Positions 16,795 to 27,298 of a stretch of DNA of 39,316 nt are shown here, in pieces. The DNA is taken from positions 1 through 39,316 of the forward strand of contig JAKEEL010000196.1 in the NCBI GenBank assembly GCA_022616595.1, read 5' to 3'. This DNA is from Methylococcaceae bacterium (lineage in GTDB: Bacteria > Pseudomonadota > Gammaproteobacteria > Methylococcales > UBA1147). Made by a program: the position numbers and the translations under genes. How positions within the stretch are numbered: position 1 is the stretch's first letter; each line of letters opens with the position of its first letter. Under the pieces are notes generated by a model. That model did not search any database. It saw nothing but the letters and a program-made list of their open reading frames with translations, and had not been told where the DNA came from.

Positions 16795-19305
16795 TCAATG
16801 GAGATGCAGAGACTCATCGATCCGATCCAGCGGAACCGGCGGACCCACGGCGTAGCCCTGAATATAATTGACTCCGATCTGTTGCAGCTTGTGCCTGATC
16901 GCATCGCTTTCGACGAATTCCGCGATGGTCTTCTTTCCCATCAACTGGCCGATTTCATTGATAGACCGGACCATCGCAAAGTCGATGGGATCGTCCAGAA
17001 TATCGGTAATAAACATCCCATCGATTTTCAGATAGTCAACCGGCAGATTCTTCAGGTAGGCAAACGAGGATAATCCGCTGCCGAAGTCATCCAGGGCAAA
17101 GCGGCACCCTTGTTCCTTCAGTGCGCGGATGAAATGGATCGCGCGGGTAAGATTCGAAATCGCCGCGGTTTCGGTGATTTCAAAACAGATTTTTTCAGGC
17201 GGTATGTTCAATCTGCCCAGTAGCTCCGTTACGAAATTCTGGAACTCCTCATCACCGAGCGAATGACCAGACAGGTTGATCGAACACATCGATAGACCGC
17301 TCAATCGTTCCGGATTGGATGCCAGCCAATTCAGAGTGTTTTCAACCACCCAGCGGTCCAATCGCGGGGAAAGATTGAAACGTTCCGAGGCCGGGAAAAA
17401 GGCACCCGGAAGGATCAATTGACCTTCTTCGGAGACCATGCGGGTTAATATCTCACAGTGTTTACCCTGCCCGTCTTCCAGGCCCAATGGAACGATCGGC
17501 TGCGCATAGAGGACGAAACGGTTTTTCTCGATCGCCTCATGGATTCTCGATACCCATTGCATCTCTCCGCGGCGTTTAGCCAGATCCAGATCATCCTCGC
17601 TGTAAACATGGATCCGGTTGCGTCCCATATCCTTCGCGGCGTAGCAGGCCGAGTCGGCCTTGACCAGCAGTTCGGTAATCGTCCCGCTCGACGCGTCGAT
17701 CGGAACCACTCCGATGCTGGCCCCGATGTTAAAACTCCGCCCTTCCCAGGTGAAGCGGAACTCGGCAACGGCAAGGCGGATTTTGTTGGCCACGATTTCA
17801 GCCTGTTGCAGGGAGCAATGTTCCATGAGCACGCCGAATTCGTCCCCGCCGAGCCGGGCCAGCGTATCCCGTTGCCGGACCTGATTCTGCAATACGGTTC
17901 CGAGCTGGTTCAGCAGTTCGTCACCGGCCGGATGGCCGCAGGTATCGTTCACCACTTTGAATTGATCGAGGTCCACATAACACAAGGCATGAAACGACTG
18001 CTCATGCTGCGCGGTTTCCAGGACCCGCTCCAGACGCCGTTCGAATTCGCGGCGGTTCACGAGACCGGTCAGGGCATCATGACTGGCCAGGTATTCCAGT
18101 TCCTGCGACAGCATTCTGGATTCGGTGATGTCCTCATAACAGCCCAACACCCCGAAAATCTTGCCCTCCGTGTCCAACAACGGAATCTTATTGGTCCTGA
18201 GCCAGCGGTAACCCTCGCCACTTCGGCCAATGCGTGTTTCCTCATAATTCAATTTTGGAATACCGCTGTTCAACACGATCAGATCGTCCGCGCGGTAACG
18301 TTCGGCTTTACTGCCGGGAACGACCTCCGAGTCGTTCTTTCCGATGATCTCCGAGGGTGAGTCGAAACCCGCATCCTTTGCAAACTGGATATTGCAGCCC
18401 AGAAAGTTGGAATCTCCATCCTTCCAGAAAACCCGAACCGGGATCGTATCCAGTACATTTCTGAGCATGGACTGAGAATCCTGCAACTCCCGTTCGGTGC
18501 GCTTGCGGTCAGTGATATCGAAAATCGCGCCGAGTACGCCGACGACCTGGTTACCGCAAAAAATCGGACGGCTGGAGATAATGGCCGACAAGGACCGTCC
18601 GTCCTTGCGAACCATGGTATATTCGTTTGGTCCGATAGACTCGCCCTTCGCTATCCTGGCGAAATTTTCGATCGCCCTTTGCCGGTCGGCGGGATCGAAA
18701 TAGTCACTGATTTTCAGGCCCTTCTCGACTTCCGCCCGGGTAAACTGAAACATTTCAAAGCCGGCCGGGTTGGTATACAGCACCTTTCCCTGAAGCGATG
18801 CCTCGAATACCGTTTGGGGCAGCAGGTTGACGAGTTGGCTGAATCGTTCTTCGCTGTGTGCCAGCGCTTCCTGCATTGCCTTCCCGTGATCTGCCGCGGG
18901 GCTTGAGAACGAGGTCGAACCGGCAATTTCCCGGCGCTGTGCGAGCGGGCAGTTCTCCGGATGCGACCGGTTATTCGATCGCTTTCCGATCAGGATTCTT
19001 AACGTAACGGCGAAGCCGAGGGCGATGCAGACAACGCCAAGCAGCGCCGAATACGCGGCCAGATGCAAATCTTTCATCCAGCTCGAAAAGCCGGACTGCG
19101 CGCCGGAGATCGATTCCTGACCGGATATCGCCACACCGAGGAAAGCGATGAAGCAGATTCCGACCAATAGGATCCGGAACCCGAATCCGAGCCCCGAACG
19201 ATGAATATAGCGGCGGTGCCTGTAGAACTCCACGGCTACGATTGCCGGACAGGCGAGTATCAGCAAAGCAAAAACCGTCATGCAGGCTATAGATTCGTGG
19301 ATCAT
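16795..19305 (-). CDS. Membrane-anchored PAS-PAS-GGDEF-EAL signalling protein (c-di-GMP cyclase/phosphodiesterase)
   Basis: N-terminal TM segments are followed by PAS repeats (EERFSQLVNLLPQTVFE...; RKRTERELQDSQSMLRNVLDTIP...). The GGDEF motif is RLGGDEFGVLM, and the EAL domain has YAQPIV...EILTR, ...ELTE/EITE.. and DDFGSG. The start is uncertain: ATG 19305 (MIHES) or 19281 (MTVFALL). The track's 19389 start is an unlikely extension. Confidence 0.9.
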   Translation of the reverse strand: MIHESIACMTVFALLILACPAIVAVEFYRHRRYIHRSGLGFGFRILLVGICFIAFLGVAISGQESISGAQSGFSSWMKDLHLAAYSALLGVVCIALGFAVTLRILIGKRSNNRSHPENCPLAQRREIAGSTSFSSPAADHGKAMQEALAHSEERFSQLVNLLPQTVFEASLQGKVLYTNPAGFEMFQFTRAEVEKGLKISDYFDPADRQRAIENFARIAKGESIGPNEYTMVRKDGRSLSAIISSRPIFCGNQVVGVLGAIFDITDRKRTERELQDSQSMLRNVLDTIPVRVFWKDGDSNFLGCNIQFAKDAGFDSPSEIIGKNDSEVVPGSKAERYRADDLIVLNSGIPKLNYEETRIGRSGEGYRWLRTNKIPLLDTEGKIFGVLGCYEDITESRMLSQELEYLASHDALTGLVNRREFERRLERVLETAQHEQSFHALCYVDLDQFKVVNDTCGHPAGDELLNQLGTVLQNQVRQRDTLARLGGDEFGVLMEHCSLQQAEIVANKIRLAVAEFRFTWEGRSFNIGASIGVVPIDASSGTITELLVKADSACYAAKDMGRNRIHVYSEDDLDLAKRRGEMQWVSRIHEAIEKNRFVLYAQPIVPLGLEDGQGKHCEILTRMVSEEGQLILPGAFFPASERFNLSPRLDRWVVENTLNWLASNPERLSGLSMCSINLSGHSLGDEEFQNFVTELLGRLNIPPEKICFEITETAAISNLTRAIHFIRALKEQGCRFALDDFGSGLSSFAYLKNLPVDYLKIDGMFITDILDDPIDFAMVRSINEIGQLMGKKTIAEFVESDAIRHKLQQIGVNYIQGYAVGPPVPLDRIDESLHLH

Positions 19306-19630
19306 ACCGTCAGTATGCCAGACGGATGGCGGCATCCGACCGGGTCTCGCGCTAAAACCCGCCAGATGTCCCGGTGTTCTCGCAAACAATGCGCCTTGCT
19401 ATTCGTCTCACGTCCCTATTCGTCCATATCCCCGTTTGATTGCCCGTAATCGATGGGCATTCAGCCTGTTACGAAGCATGACCGTGCAGCACTCGCAACT
19501 GCTGTTTTTGTTAGCGGCGGTTAGTTACCAAACTGCGTGCCTTATTTAAATCAAAGCATAGGAGATTTTGAAAAGTTTTCAATAACGTGATGAAAACATC
19601 CACAAAATGGCGATTGCACGGCCTGAACCG

Positions 19631-20617
19631 CTAATCCTCCGAATGACCCGGTTTACCGAACAGAATAGCGTCGGGATTTCGTTGCAGGTAGTCGGCCAGA
19701 CTCCGCATCGACCGGGCCGCGTCGGATAGTTCCTCGAGCGCATTCGATAAGTCCACGTAAAGCGGTGAATCTTCACCCGCGACATTTTCCATTGCGGCCA
19801 ATGATCGTTGGGTCTGTGCCAGAGTCTTGTCGGTGCTTTTCGTAAGCAGTACAACCTGATCGTTGACGGTGTTAACCAGTTTTCTGGTGTCGCTTACGGT
19901 TGTGGTCAGTTCTCCGACCAGAGGATCGACCTGCCTGTTCAATTTGCTCGCGATCGCGTTCAGCGTCGTCAGGATCTCTCCGATCTGCCGGAGATTCCTG
20001 GCGGCATCCGGGGAATTCACCAACTTTTCCAGACTGTTCGCCGTGACCACCAGACTGGAGAAAAACTCTTCCAGCGGCAGATTTTTCAGTTTACCGATGA
20101 CTATGCCGATATCGCTGAAGATCTCATCCGTTTCCGAGGGCAGGGAAGGAATTTCCGCGTATTTCGATCTTCCTCCGACCAGGTTGATGGGGCTATCGGG
20201 ATAAAAGTTGATTTCGATATACAATTGTCCGGTCAAAAGACTCTGCGATTTCAATTGCGCCCTCAAACCATGCCGGATCAGGGAGACATAGGTCATGTCG
20301 GACACTGCCTCCGGATCATCGCTCGTCTCGACGGTCACCGAATTCATGTCCACCTCGATAAAAACCGGAGTTCTTACGACCGCTTTATCGAGATTCAATT
20401 CCACATGCACATCGGTTACCTGACCGACGTGGACCCCCTTGAGTTTAACCGGCGCACCCACTTTCAACCCGTTCACGCTGCCTTCGAAATAAATCACGAA
20501 CCGGCTCTGTTCGGTGAACAGTTTACTGTCCGTGAATACCAGGATGGCCGTAACGACCAGAATGATCGCGCCGACCACGAAGGCGCCGATCAAGGTTGGA
20601 TTGGCCTGCTTGCTCAT
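19631..20617 (-). CDS. MlaD/MCE-family periplasmic substrate-binding component
   Basis: An N-terminal anchor LIGAFVVGAIILVVTAILVF is followed by the MCE domain ...FEGSVNGLKVGAPVKLKGVHVGQVTDV. The C-terminal tail is long and helical. Confidence 0.85.
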   Translation of the reverse strand: MSKQANPTLIGAFVVGAIILVVTAILVFTDSKLFTEQSRFVIYFEGSVNGLKVGAPVKLKGVHVGQVTDVHVELNLDKAVVRTPVFIEVDMNSVTVETSDDPEAVSDMTYVSLIRHGLRAQLKSQSLLTGQLYIEINFYPDSPINLVGGRSKYAEIPSLPSETDEIFSDIGIVIGKLKNLPLEEFFSSLVVTANSLEKLVNSPDAARNLRQIGEILTTLNAIASKLNRQVDPLVGELTTTVSDTRKLVNTVNDQVVLLTKSTDKTLAQTQRSLAAMENVAGEDSPLYVDLSNALEELSDAARSMRSLADYLQRNPDAILFGKPGHSED

Positions 20618-20653
20618 CTGCTCAAGTAGATTCGGGAAGGAGGGTATTATTCA

Positions 20654-21436
20654 TCAATCGAGCGATCCCCCGCCACGGGTCAGAAAAGTCCGAATCCGTG
20701 GATCCTTCGATTCATTCAGCAATTTCCGGGGATGGCCGCCCGCGATCATGGTTTTCGACTCGTTGTCCAAAAAGACCGAGTCGGTGCCGATCGTCAGGAT
20801 ACTCGCCAGTTCATGGGTCACCACTACAATCGTTGTACCGAGGCTTTCCTTGAGTTCCACGATCAAATCATCGAGACGTTTGGCGCTCACCGGATCCAAG
20901 CCCGCGGAAGGCTCATCAAAAAAAAGGATCTCCGGATCCAGCGCCATGGCCCTGGCCAGACCGGCTCGTTTCTGCATGCCGCCGCTGATTTCAGAGGGGT
21001 AGTAATCCTCGAATCCGGCAAGACCCACCAGCGCGAGTTTCATCGAAACGATCTCATCGATCGCATCGCGCGTCAGATTGGTGTATTCGGCCAAAGGGAG
21101 CGCCACATTTTCGGCCAGAGTCAAGGAGGACCACAAGGCGCCGCTCTGGTACAGAATTCCGGTTCGCCGGATGATTTCGTCGCGCTCTGCATCGGGCGTG
21201 TCCCAGAAACTACGGTCATCGTAAAATATCTTTCCCCGGTTCGGGCGCAACAGACCGATCAGATGCTTCAACAGGGTCGTTTTGCCGCAGCCGCTTCCGC
21301 CCATGATGATGAAAATTTCACCCTGCCTGATCGAAAAACTCAGATCGCGCTGAATAATTTGCTCGCCGTAAGCCAATGTCAAATCAGCGACTTTTATCCG
21401 CGCGGGCGATCGATCCGAAGCAGTGCAGCCTTCCAT
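20654..21436 (-). CDS. ABC transporter ATP-binding protein (MlaF-like)
   Basis: Contains Walker A GGSGCGKTT, the ABC signature ISGGMQKRAGLARA, Walker B ILFFDEPSAGLDP and an H-loop VVTHE. Confidence 0.92.
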   Translation of the reverse strand: MEGCTASDRSPARIKVADLTLAYGEQIIQRDLSFSIRQGEIFIIMGGSGCGKTTLLKHLIGLLRPNRGKIFYDDRSFWDTPDAERDEIIRRTGILYQSGALWSSLTLAENVALPLAEYTNLTRDAIDEIVSMKLALVGLAGFEDYYPSEISGGMQKRAGLARAMALDPEILFFDEPSAGLDPVSAKRLDDLIVELKESLGTTIVVVTHELASILTIGTDSVFLDNESKTMIAGGHPRKLLNESKDPRIRTFLTRGGGSLD

Positions 21437-21445
21437 ATTACACGA

Positions 21446-22582
21446 TTACACCCCGAAGGCGTTATAAATCACCGTGAGGATCGCATCCGACACGATAATC
21501 CAGATGATACCCGTGACGACCGCATTGGTCGCGGCTTCACCGACCGCCGCGGAACTTCGTCCGGAATCCATTCCTCTCATGCACCCGGCGATCGCGACCA
21601 AAATTCCGTAGACCGCGCTTTTGAACAGGCCGACGTTGAAATCGCGCATCGCGAGCGCCGCTTCGGTTTGCGTGTAATATTCCGTCAAAGACAAATCGAG
21701 CAACCCGACACCGACCAGCATGCCGCCCAAAATTCCCATAAAGTCGGCATACAGACAAAGCAAGGGCATCATTAAAACCAGCGCGATGATGCGCGGCAAG
21801 ACCAGGAAATCCACCGGAGAAATTCCCATCGTTTTCAATGCGTCGATTTCTTCGTTGACTTTCATGCTGCCCAACTGAGCAGCGAAGGCAGCTCCGGTTC
21901 TCCCGGCCATGATCACGGCGGTCATCAAGGCTCCCATTTCCCTGGCCATGCCCAGACCGACCAGATTCGCGATATAGATCTGCGCGCCGAACATGGTAAG
22001 CTGAACAGATCCGACGAAAGCCAGAATCAAACCGACCAGCACGCTGATCAATGTCACGATGGGCAAAGCCCGGGGCCCGCATTCTTCGATGAACAACCAA
22101 ATATCGGAGCTTCGATATCGAGCCCTGCCGGTGAAAAACCGCGATAAACTCAGACAAGTTTCGCCCAGAAAATACAATTGCTTTTGAGCATTCGCCCGAT
22201 TCGCGAGTAATCGTTCACCGATGCGATACAAAGCCGTTCTATTCCGGGACTCATGCGGAATCTGCTTCGCTTCGGCGACCGCGAATGCAAGGTGGATCAG
22301 CTTCAAGACTCCGTCCGGCAAGCCACGGGTATCGCATTCGATGCCCTTTTCGTTGCAGACCCTGCATAGCTTGACCAGGAAAGTCAGGAGGACACTATCC
22401 CAGCGCGCGATTTCCTCGGAGTCGAACGACAAGCGTTGAACGTCGTGGTTTTTCTGGAATGCATTCGTAATGTCCCGGATATCCGGAATGACTTGGTCCT
22501 TTACCCAGACCCCGCGCAGATGGACGAGCAGGCCGCCCGAGGGATCCAAGTCTACTTCAAGTTTGGGATCATCCGTGGCCAT
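21446..22582 (-). CDS. MlaE-family ABC permease with a fused N-terminal STAS-like domain
   Basis: The C-terminal ~260 aa is a polytopic MlaE/YrbE-like permease (..GPRALPIVTLISVLVGLILAF.., ..EIDALKTMGISPVDFLVLPR..). The N-terminal ~110 aa (LLVHLRGVW....LSFDSEEIARWDSVLLTFLVKL) looks STAS/MlaB-like. Confidence 0.85.
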   Translation of the reverse strand: MATDDPKLEVDLDPSGGLLVHLRGVWVKDQVIPDIRDITNAFQKNHDVQRLSFDSEEIARWDSVLLTFLVKLCRVCNEKGIECDTRGLPDGVLKLIHLAFAVAEAKQIPHESRNRTALYRIGERLLANRANAQKQLYFLGETCLSLSRFFTGRARYRSSDIWLFIEECGPRALPIVTLISVLVGLILAFVGSVQLTMFGAQIYIANLVGLGMAREMGALMTAVIMAGRTGAAFAAQLGSMKVNEEIDALKTMGISPVDFLVLPRIIALVLMMPLLCLYADFMGILGGMLVGVGLLDLSLTEYYTQTEAALAMRDFNVGLFKSAVYGILVAIAGCMRGMDSGRSSAAVGEAATNAVVTGIIWIIVSDAILTVIYNAFGV

Positions 22583-22598
22583 CGCGAAAGCACCTCGG

Positions 22599-22636
22599 AA
22601 AAAAAAAGCGAAGCGCTCGTGAGCGCTTCGCTTTTT
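22599..22636 (-). terminator. Rho-independent terminator downstream of the OmpA-like gene
   Basis: A perfect stem pairs GCGAAGCGCTC (22608-22618) with GAGCGCTTCGC (22621-22631). On the minus strand it is followed by a run of 9 T (the complement of A 22599-22607). Confidence 0.75.
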
Positions 22637-22668
22637 GAAACAGTTTGAATACGAATTAAGCCACTACA

Positions 22669-23367
22669 TTATTTGAAAATGTGCAGTTCGACGCGCCGAT
22701 TCTGCGCACGGCCCGCATCGGTGTCATTCGATGCGATCGGGTCGTCTGGGCCGAAGCCCTTCGAACTCAACTTATCCGCCGGAACCCCCAGCGATACCAG
22801 GTATTCAAGCACGGACTGAGCACGTTTCTGGGACAATCCCAGGTTGTAATCATAGGAACCGACACTGTCGGTGTAGCCTGCAATTTCAACCATCGGGAAC
22901 CCGCGGGACTCGAGATTCGAATACATCGAATCCAGGAAGGCCCTGGACTCAGCATTCAAATCGTATTGATCGAAAGCGAAGAAAACACCGTCCAACTGCA
23001 CGCTCGCGGCAATTTCACGGCCACCTTCCAAGCCTTTCAGCTTTTCATCGATATAGGCGCTCAGAGCCGCCTCGGCCTTCGCGCAGAGTCCTGATGCTTC
23101 ATTCGCATGAACGATTCCATCGTCAATTTCCTTTTCGCCGCTGTTCATGAATTTACCACTGACTCTCTTACCTTCCGACAGGTGAATATTCGCGTGATAA
23201 AGTTCATCCGCGCATACCTTACTGTTGTAGGCGAACGTTCCGAAGTTCGTCCCCAAGGTTTGAGAAATTGAACTATCAAGTTCCTGTATTTTACTAGAAG
23301 GAACTTGTGCACAGCCTCCCACGGCTAAAGCAATTCCCACCCCAACTACAGAAATAATTTTTTTCAC
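22669..23367 (-). CDS. OmpA-domain lipoprotein (peptidoglycan-associated)
   Basis: Contains a lipobox (MKKIISVVGVGIALAVGGC) and a C-terminal OmpA_C domain GYTDSVGSYDYNLGLSQKRAQSV..YL...G......GFG...P.A.N.T..GRAQNRRVEL. Confidence 0.9.
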   Translation of the reverse strand: MKKIISVVGVGIALAVGGCAQVPSSKIQELDSSISQTLGTNFGTFAYNSKVCADELYHANIHLSEGKRVSGKFMNSGEKEIDDGIVHANEASGLCAKAEAALSAYIDEKLKGLEGGREIAASVQLDGVFFAFDQYDLNAESRAFLDSMYSNLESRGFPMVEIAGYTDSVGSYDYNLGLSQKRAQSVLEYLVSLGVPADKLSSKGFGPDDPIASNDTDAGRAQNRRVELHIFK

Positions 23368-23574
23368 TTTGGCACTCCTTCTCTATAAACTCTAAATTAA
23401 CCGATCGATAAAATGATTAGAGAAACAAGCATGCTATTGCTCTGATCACAATTGTATCTTGCTTTCGCTTGTAAATAAACCCCATAGCGACGTTAATTAA
23501 GGCGATTTCTTTAAAATCGTTCAAATAGTAGCAGATAAAACCATTTAAGGAAACCCCGGTCCAGTCTAATCCAT

Positions 23575-24261
23575 TTATTGACCTTCAGAAACCCTGCCGA
23601 CCAAAGCCAATATGGAAAGCGACTTTTCCGCAGGCGGCGCGCTGTTTCGGACCAGAATATCAACAGAATCCATGGGCTTGCCGTAATAAGCCAGGTTAAG
23701 CTCCTTATTTACAGCGAGAATTTCGCCATTCAATGAGACACCTCCATAAACCCCCTTCGATCTGGAATACGATAGAATATCAGCGGTTGCGACTGCTGCC
23801 CCTTTGCCCACAGGACCCGCGGCGACGCTCGCCCCCGCCCCCAACTTCAGACCTGATGCGAGCATCGCGTTGATACCATTCTGGTTCATGACCAGTAACA
23901 CGATCTCCGACATCTGCACACCCAATTGGAGCCCCAGACTGGCAGATCCCAAAGAATAAAAAGCCGGACCCAGCCATTGTCCGCTGGTTTTATCCAGTGT
24001 AAAAAGCACCCCTTTGCCCCCTGAGCCGCCAATTCCCACTCCTGCCTCCCATACCTTGGGAGCGATAAAAATCCCCTTCGCATGTTTCGCCAGCGATCTG
24101 AACCTGGCCATTTCAGGGTCATCCCTGAAGTGCTGGAGCGTCACCTCCGCGGAGCTGACCAGTTCATCAGCATCGGCCGCATAAACCGCAGCAGTCACAT
24201 TGACGCCAAACAACAGGAGCAGAATGCCTATCCGAAAACAAAGGTTCTTGATTATCGTCAA
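23575..24261 (-). CDS. SYLF (Ysc84/DUF500) lipid-binding domain protein, secreted
   Basis: The sequence ...IFIAPKVWEAGVGIGGSGGKGVLF......GPAFYSLGSASLGLQLGVQ...VLLVMN...G..KLGAGASVAAGPVG......ADILSYSRSKGVYGGVSLNG is typical of SYLF. I propose the TTG start at 24261, which gives a signal peptide MTIIKNLCFRIGILLLLFGVNVTAAVYA. The 52 extra codons in the track ORF look spurious. Confidence 0.75.
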   Translation of the reverse strand: MTIIKNLCFRIGILLLLFGVNVTAAVYAADADELVSSAEVTLQHFRDDPEMARFRSLAKHAKGIFIAPKVWEAGVGIGGSGGKGVLFTLDKTSGQWLGPAFYSLGSASLGLQLGVQMSEIVLLVMNQNGINAMLASGLKLGAGASVAAGPVGKGAAVATADILSYSRSKGVYGGVSLNGEILAVNKELNLAYYGKPMDSVDILVRNSAPPAEKSLSILALVGRVSEGQ

Positions 24262-24377
24262 GTTCGGCAATCCATAGTAAACCGTGGTATTCAGTATACC
24301 GCTAAAACCCGCCCGGTGGAAACCATTCCTATTCGCAAGATCAATCGTCCGCAATTGCGCCAATTCAGGCAGTGCTC

Positions 24378-25202
24378 TCAAGGTAATTTCGCGAGCCAGG
24401 AATCGTCCTCGAACCACTTGGATTTAAGTTCTTCGAGGTGACCGGTTAAGGTCATGTTGTGAAGAAAATTATCCATCCAGTTGATCAACAGAGCATCAGC
24501 GGGCAGCGCGATGCCCAATGGTTCCTGAGTCAGCAACGATAATACCGAAATAAGCCCCTGATCCGGATAGCGCAGCATGGTCACTACACACACCGGGTAA
24601 TCCGCAATCAATGCATTGGCCTTGTTTTTCAGAACCGCATCGACCGCCTCGTTGGTATTCTCGCTGGCAATCGATTGCGCATCGGGAATCAGGGTCTCGA
24701 CAAAGATTTCGCTCGTCGAACCTTTGAGTACCGCCAATTTGATATCGGCCCGATTGATATCCGAGGGTTCGTCCGCATTCGCGAGCGTTTCCTCCTTGGT
24801 CAGGATGCATTTGCCGGATACCATATAGGGTCCAGAGAACGCGACATTCAGATTGCGTCGCGAAGTAATGGTCATACCCGACAGGATCAGGTCGACCCGG
24901 CCGGACTGCAGCGCGGGAAGCAACTCGGAAAACGGCATCACCTTGACTTCGAGTTTAACCCCCATCGAATCCGCGATCAGTTCGCCGAGATCGATATCGT
25001 AACCGATCACTTGTTTATCCTTGGTCGTCATGGTCATCGGAGGCATATCGCCGGATGTCCCCATAACCAGGCTGCCTTTAGCGACGATCCGGTTTAAAAC
25101 CGCGGAGTTGCTCGAACCCGCGGAGTTGTCCGGCGTCTCGGCGCAGCCGACCAAACCCGCGAATACAAGGATGAAAATCCAATGGATAATCCGTTTAAGC
25201 AT
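24378..25202 (-). CDS. Periplasmic amino-acid-type solute-binding lipoprotein (PBP type 3 family), orphan
   Basis: The ATG at 25202 gives MLKRIIHWIFILVFAGLVGC (lipobox). Next come ...GYDIDLGELIA..MGVKLE......LLPALQSGRVDLILSGMTIT..R......FS.PY, the classic family-3 SBP pattern. There is no adjacent permease or ATPase. Confidence 0.85.
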   Translation of the reverse strand: MLKRIIHWIFILVFAGLVGCAETPDNSAGSSNSAVLNRIVAKGSLVMGTSGDMPPMTMTTKDKQVIGYDIDLGELIADSMGVKLEVKVMPFSELLPALQSGRVDLILSGMTITSRRNLNVAFSGPYMVSGKCILTKEETLANADEPSDINRADIKLAVLKGSTSEIFVETLIPDAQSIASENTNEAVDAVLKNKANALIADYPVCVVTMLRYPDQGLISVLSLLTQEPLGIALPADALLINWMDNFLHNMTLTGHLEELKSKWFEDDSWLAKLP

Positions 25203-25359
25203 CGTTCCCCCCGAAAGAATTGAACCCCGCGGAAACCGCCGCCGTGAATCAATACCCCAACTCCCACCTGGCCCGCGGCCGCCGTGCCCGGCACCATTTA
25301 TGCCAACCCGGCAAGCATCATTTTTAATACATAGCCGCGACACTATATGACGTCACGGA

Positions 25360-25938
25360 TCAATTTGCAAAGAAATGCTTTTTGAAATAGGCCAATTCCT
25401 CGATCGATTCCTTGATGTCGTCGAGTGCGCGGTGCAGTGTTTTTTTGGTAAAGCGGCCGTTCAGTTCAGGCGCCCAGCGTGTGGCCAGCTCTTTAATGGT
25501 TGAGACATCGAGGTTCCGGTAGTGGAAATATCGTTCCAAGTCCGGCATGCAACGGTAAAGAAAACGCCGATCCTGACAGATACTGTTGCCACACATCGGG
25601 GAGCGGTTGGGCGGCACCCAGTCCTGCACGAATTTTATCGTCTGCCGTTCGGCCTGCGATTCTGTAATCCGGCTTTTTCTGACACGTTCAATGAGCCCCG
25701 AGCTCGAATGGTGCTTCCGATTCCAATCATCCATCCGTTCCAGTACCTCTTCGGTCTGATAGATCGCCAGAGCCGGGCCCTCGGCCAGGATCTCGAGCTG
25801 CGGATTCGTGACCACGGTTGCGATCTCGATGATCGAATCGTGCAGCGGATCCAAACCCGTCATTTCCAGATCGATCCAAATCAGGTTAAGCGGATCATGT
25901 GCCATCGTGATTCCATTAAAATTGGACTTGCCAGCCAT
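25360..25938 (-). CDS. orn: Oligoribonuclease
   Basis: Contains [24 protein letters not shown] (a DEDDh exonuclease) and ...[17 protein letters not shown]. The start may be the ATG at 25905 ([10 protein letters not shown]), which fits the E. coli Orn N-terminus better than 25938. Confidence 0.92.
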   Translation of the reverse strand: MAGKSNFNGITMAHDPLNLIWIDLEMTGLDPLHDSIIEIATVVTNPQLEILAEGPALAIYQTEEVLERMDDWNRKHHSSSGLIERVRKSRITESQAERQTIKFVQDWVPPNRSPMCGNSICQDRRFLYRCMPDLERYFHYRNLDVSTIKELATRWAPELNGRFTKKTLHRALDDIKESIEELAYFKKHFFAN

Positions 25939-25991
25939 TGTAGCAGACGCTACCCTGTAACGCAGAATCCTACTCGAATGCGTTTCGAATC

Positions 25992-27251
25992 ATGAACATT
26001 TTTACTTATCTATTTCTCGTTGCGCTGATCGGTTCCTACGCGGTGCAATTCTGGCTGATCCGGCGCCAGGATCGGCACGTGTTGAAACACAGAGATCAGG
26101 TGCCCGACGCGTTCAAAGAATCAATCGCGTTGAATATCCATCAGAAAGCGGCCGACTATACGCTTGCGAAGAACCGCTTGAGCAAATTCAGCGGCAGCCT
26201 CGATGCCATTTTATTGTTGTTCTTTACGCTCGGCGGAGGAATCAGCCTGATCGCCCATACCTGGTCAACGGTCGAAATTTCCCCGATTATCGGCGGCGCC
26301 GGCCTGATCCTGAGCATTTTGCTGATATTCCAACTCGTCGAATTGCCCTTGGCAATCTATCATACTTTCGGCGTCGAAGAAAAATTCGGCTTCAATCGTT
26401 CGACACCCAGACAGTTCATGGTCGACCAGGTCCTTCATCTGGTGCTGACTCTGGCACTCGGCGGCCCGCTGGTCATCGTGGTTCTGTGGGTAATGAGGGA
26501 TGTCGGGGCTCTGTGGTGGTTACTGGCCTGGCTGATCCTCATCACATTCTATGTGTTCCTGACCTGGGCTTACCCGACCTTGATCGCGCCGCTGTTCAAT
26601 CGGTTCACCGTGCTCGACAACGAGGAACTCAAGGCCAGGATCGAAGCATTGCTCGAACGCTGCGGCTTCAGCAGCAAAGGTATTTTCGTGATGGACGGCT
26701 CCCGGCGTTCCGGGCATGGCAACGCTTACTTCACGGGCTTCGGAAGCCACAAGCGGATCGTTTTCTTCGATACCCTGATCAATACCCTGAATCTGGACGA
26801 AGTCGAAGCGGTCCTGGCCCATGAATTGGGGCACTTCAAACGCAGGCATGTGATTAAAATGCTGACCGCGGGCACCGCGCTGAGTTTGATCGGTTTGGCC
26901 ATACTCGGCTGGATCTCCCGGCAGGACTGGTTCTATACCGGGCTCGGGGTCGATATGCCATCGAACGCGGCCGCGCTGGTTCTATTCGTGCTGGTATCTC
27001 CGGTATTCACAATATTTCTGCGTCCCGTGTTCGCCTATGTTCAACGAAGACACGAGTTCGAGGCTGACGATTTCGCATCGATGTTCGCGCAACCGGCTTC
27101 ATTGATCAGTGCCTTGATCAAGTTATACCGGGACAATGCAACCACGTTGACCCCGGACCCGCTGTACATGGCATTCCACTACAGTCACCCGCCTGCTGCA
27201 ATCCGGATTGCGAATCTCGCCGAGAAAGGCATCGCGCCCGAATCGGCCTGA
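25992..27251 (+). CDS. M48-family (Ste24/HtpX-like) zinc metalloprotease, polytopic membrane protein
   Basis: Contains the HExxH motif VLAHELGHFKRRH and a downstream E (EFEADDFA), with multiple TM segments and an M48 N-terminal region. Confidence 0.9.
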   Translation: MNIFTYLFLVALIGSYAVQFWLIRRQDRHVLKHRDQVPDAFKESIALNIHQKAADYTLAKNRLSKFSGSLDAILLLFFTLGGGISLIAHTWSTVEISPIIGGAGLILSILLIFQLVELPLAIYHTFGVEEKFGFNRSTPRQFMVDQVLHLVLTLALGGPLVIVVLWVMRDVGALWWLLAWLILITFYVFLTWAYPTLIAPLFNRFTVLDNEELKARIEALLERCGFSSKGIFVMDGSRRSGHGNAYFTGFGSHKRIVFFDTLINTLNLDEVEAVLAHELGHFKRRHVIKMLTAGTALSLIGLAILGWISRQDWFYTGLGVDMPSNAAALVLFVLVSPVFTIFLRPVFAYVQRRHEFEADDFASMFAQPASLISALIKLYRDNATTLTPDPLYMAFHYSHPPAAIRIANLAEKGIAPESA

Positions 27252-27298
27252 AGCCCGATCAGCCGGCGCCACGGCCAAGCCGAAGTGATCGGGATTTA

